The position numbers and the translations under genes are program-made. From NCBI GenBank assembly GCA_030059665.1, contig JANVYR010000001.1:416001-480000 (forward strand): a stretch of 64,000 nucleotides of DNA. The letters are read 5' to 3'. Position 1 is the stretch's first letter; each line of letters begins with the position of its first letter. This DNA is from Candidatus Calditenuis fumarioli. GTDB lineage: Archaea; Thermoproteota; Nitrososphaeria_A; Caldarchaeales; Calditenuaceae. The notes beneath the pieces were generated by a model. That model saw only the letters and a program-made list of their open reading frames with translations, ran no database searches and was not told the origin of the DNA. Shown here piece after piece: positions 63,124-64,000 of this stretch.

Positions 63124-64000
63124 GGGCTGGTTCGGGCGTTTCGGAGGCCGCTTCGTCCCGGAGACGCTGATGGAGGCACTGGAGGAGCTGGAGCAGAGCT
63201 ACCTGCGGCTGAAGGAGAGCGAGGAGTTCAGGAGGGAGCTCGACCACCTCCTCAGGACCTACGCCGGTAGGCCGACGCCGCTCTACTTCGCCCGGAATTT
63301 GACGAGGATGCTCGGCGGCGCGAAGATCTACCTCAAGCGCGAGGACCTCCTCCACGGCGGTGCCCACAAGATCAACAACGCCCTCGGGCAGGCGCTGCTC
63401 GCACGGCACATGGGGAGGCGGAGGGTGATTGCGGAGACAGGTGCGGGACAGCACGGAGTCGCAACGGCGATGGCCTGCGCGGCCCTCGGTCTCGAGTGCA
63501 GGGTCTACATGGGCGAGCTGGACGCTAGAAGGCAGGCAGCGAACGTGATGCGGATGAGGCTCCTCGGAGCAGAGGTCGTCGAGGTCAGGTCTGGAACGAG
63601 GACGCTGAAGGACGCGATAAACGAGGCGATCAGGGACTGGGTGACCAACGTCCAGACGACCTACTACCTCCTCGGGTCCTGCGTCGGCCCACACCCATAC
63701 CCGACGATCGTGAGGGACTTCCAGTCGGTGATAGGGAGGGAGTGCAGGGAGCAGGTGCTGGAGGCGGAGGGGAGGCTGCCGGACTACGTGATCGCCTGCG
63801 TCGGCGGAGGCAGCAACGCCATCGGGATCTTCCATCCCTTCCTGGACGACCCCGTCAGGCTCATCGGCGTCGAGGCGGGAGGTAGGGGAGAATCGCTCGG
63901 GGAGCACGCGGCGTCCCTCGTCAGGGGCTCGGAGGGCGTCCTCCACGGGGCTTACACCTACGTCCTCCAGGACGAGCACGGTCAGATCGCTGACACCTGG
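63113..64000 (+). CDS. trpB: Tryptophan synthase beta subunit, TrpB1 type (runs off window end)
   Basis: [39 protein letters not shown] and [10 protein letters not shown] motifs. Confidence 0.95.
   Translation, partial: MKAKGWFGRFGGRFVPETLMEALEELEQSYLRLKESEEFRRELDHLLRTYAGRPTPLYFARNLTRMLGGAKIYLKREDLLHGGAHKINNALGQALLARHMGRRRVIAETGAGQHGVATAMACAALGLECRVYMGELDARRQAANVMRMRLLGAEVVEVRSGTRTLKDAINEAIRDWVTNVQTTYYLLGSCVGPHPYPTIVRDFQSVIGRECREQVLEAEGRLPDYVIACVGGGSNAIGIFHPFLDDPVRLIGVEAGGRGESLGEHAASLVRGSEGVLHGAYTYVLQDEHGQIADTW

Noticed and set aside
1-64000. Many long antisense or alternate-frame ORFs in the track (e.g. 922-2001, 10940-11347, 28720-29895, 32835-33821, 60002-61042, 63080-63979)
   Set aside because: They shadow well-supported genes, are Arg/Pro/Gly-rich and carry no motifs, as expected from high-GC codon bias.
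1-64000. CRISPR arrays, IS elements, integrases, toxin-antitoxin or restriction-modification loci
   Set aside because: No regularly spaced repeats, transposase or recombinase motifs, or DNA methyltransferase motifs were seen on reading.

Overview
A gene-dense, GC-rich archaeal chromosome segment from the TACK group. An Aigarchaeota/Nitrososphaeria-like thermophile is inferred from CdvB/CdvC, Csl4-Rpo11, Spt5-SecE, PoK/PPS CoA synthesis, a BHB-type tRNA intron and a TrpB1-type trp operon. Heme o synthase, a PCuAC copper chaperone and Fe/Mn SOD point to aerobic metabolism. The content is mostly housekeeping: purine, aromatic, CoA, thiamine, Moco and preQ0 synthesis; DNA repair and recombination (Nth, Ogg, NurA-HerA, PINA, two Hjc-like nucleases); an acyl-CoA catabolic cluster; two surface proteins; tRNA-Ser(GGA) with a 12-nt intron; and tRNA-Cys(GCA). 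I found no CRISPR array, transposase or integrase. The best leads are: (1) two cysteine-less thiolase-fold proteins plus two DUF35 proteins, set between an acetoacetate-CoA ligase, an IVD-type acyl-CoA dehydrogenase and 2-oxoacid dehydrogenase E1, a candidate retro-aldolase replacing HMG-CoA lyase; (2) a winged-HTH-CoaD fusion together with a clustered TACGTA palindrome in front of the pok-pps-panB operon, a candidate CoA-sensing enzyme-regulator system; (3) a metG gene whose conserved N-terminus has no in-frame ATG/GTG/TTG; (4) a NurA-HerA pair without mre11/rad50, next to two paralogous small wHTH genes; (5) several small proteins and structured RNAs missed by the ORF track. Family assignments come from motif recognition by eye, without database searches.
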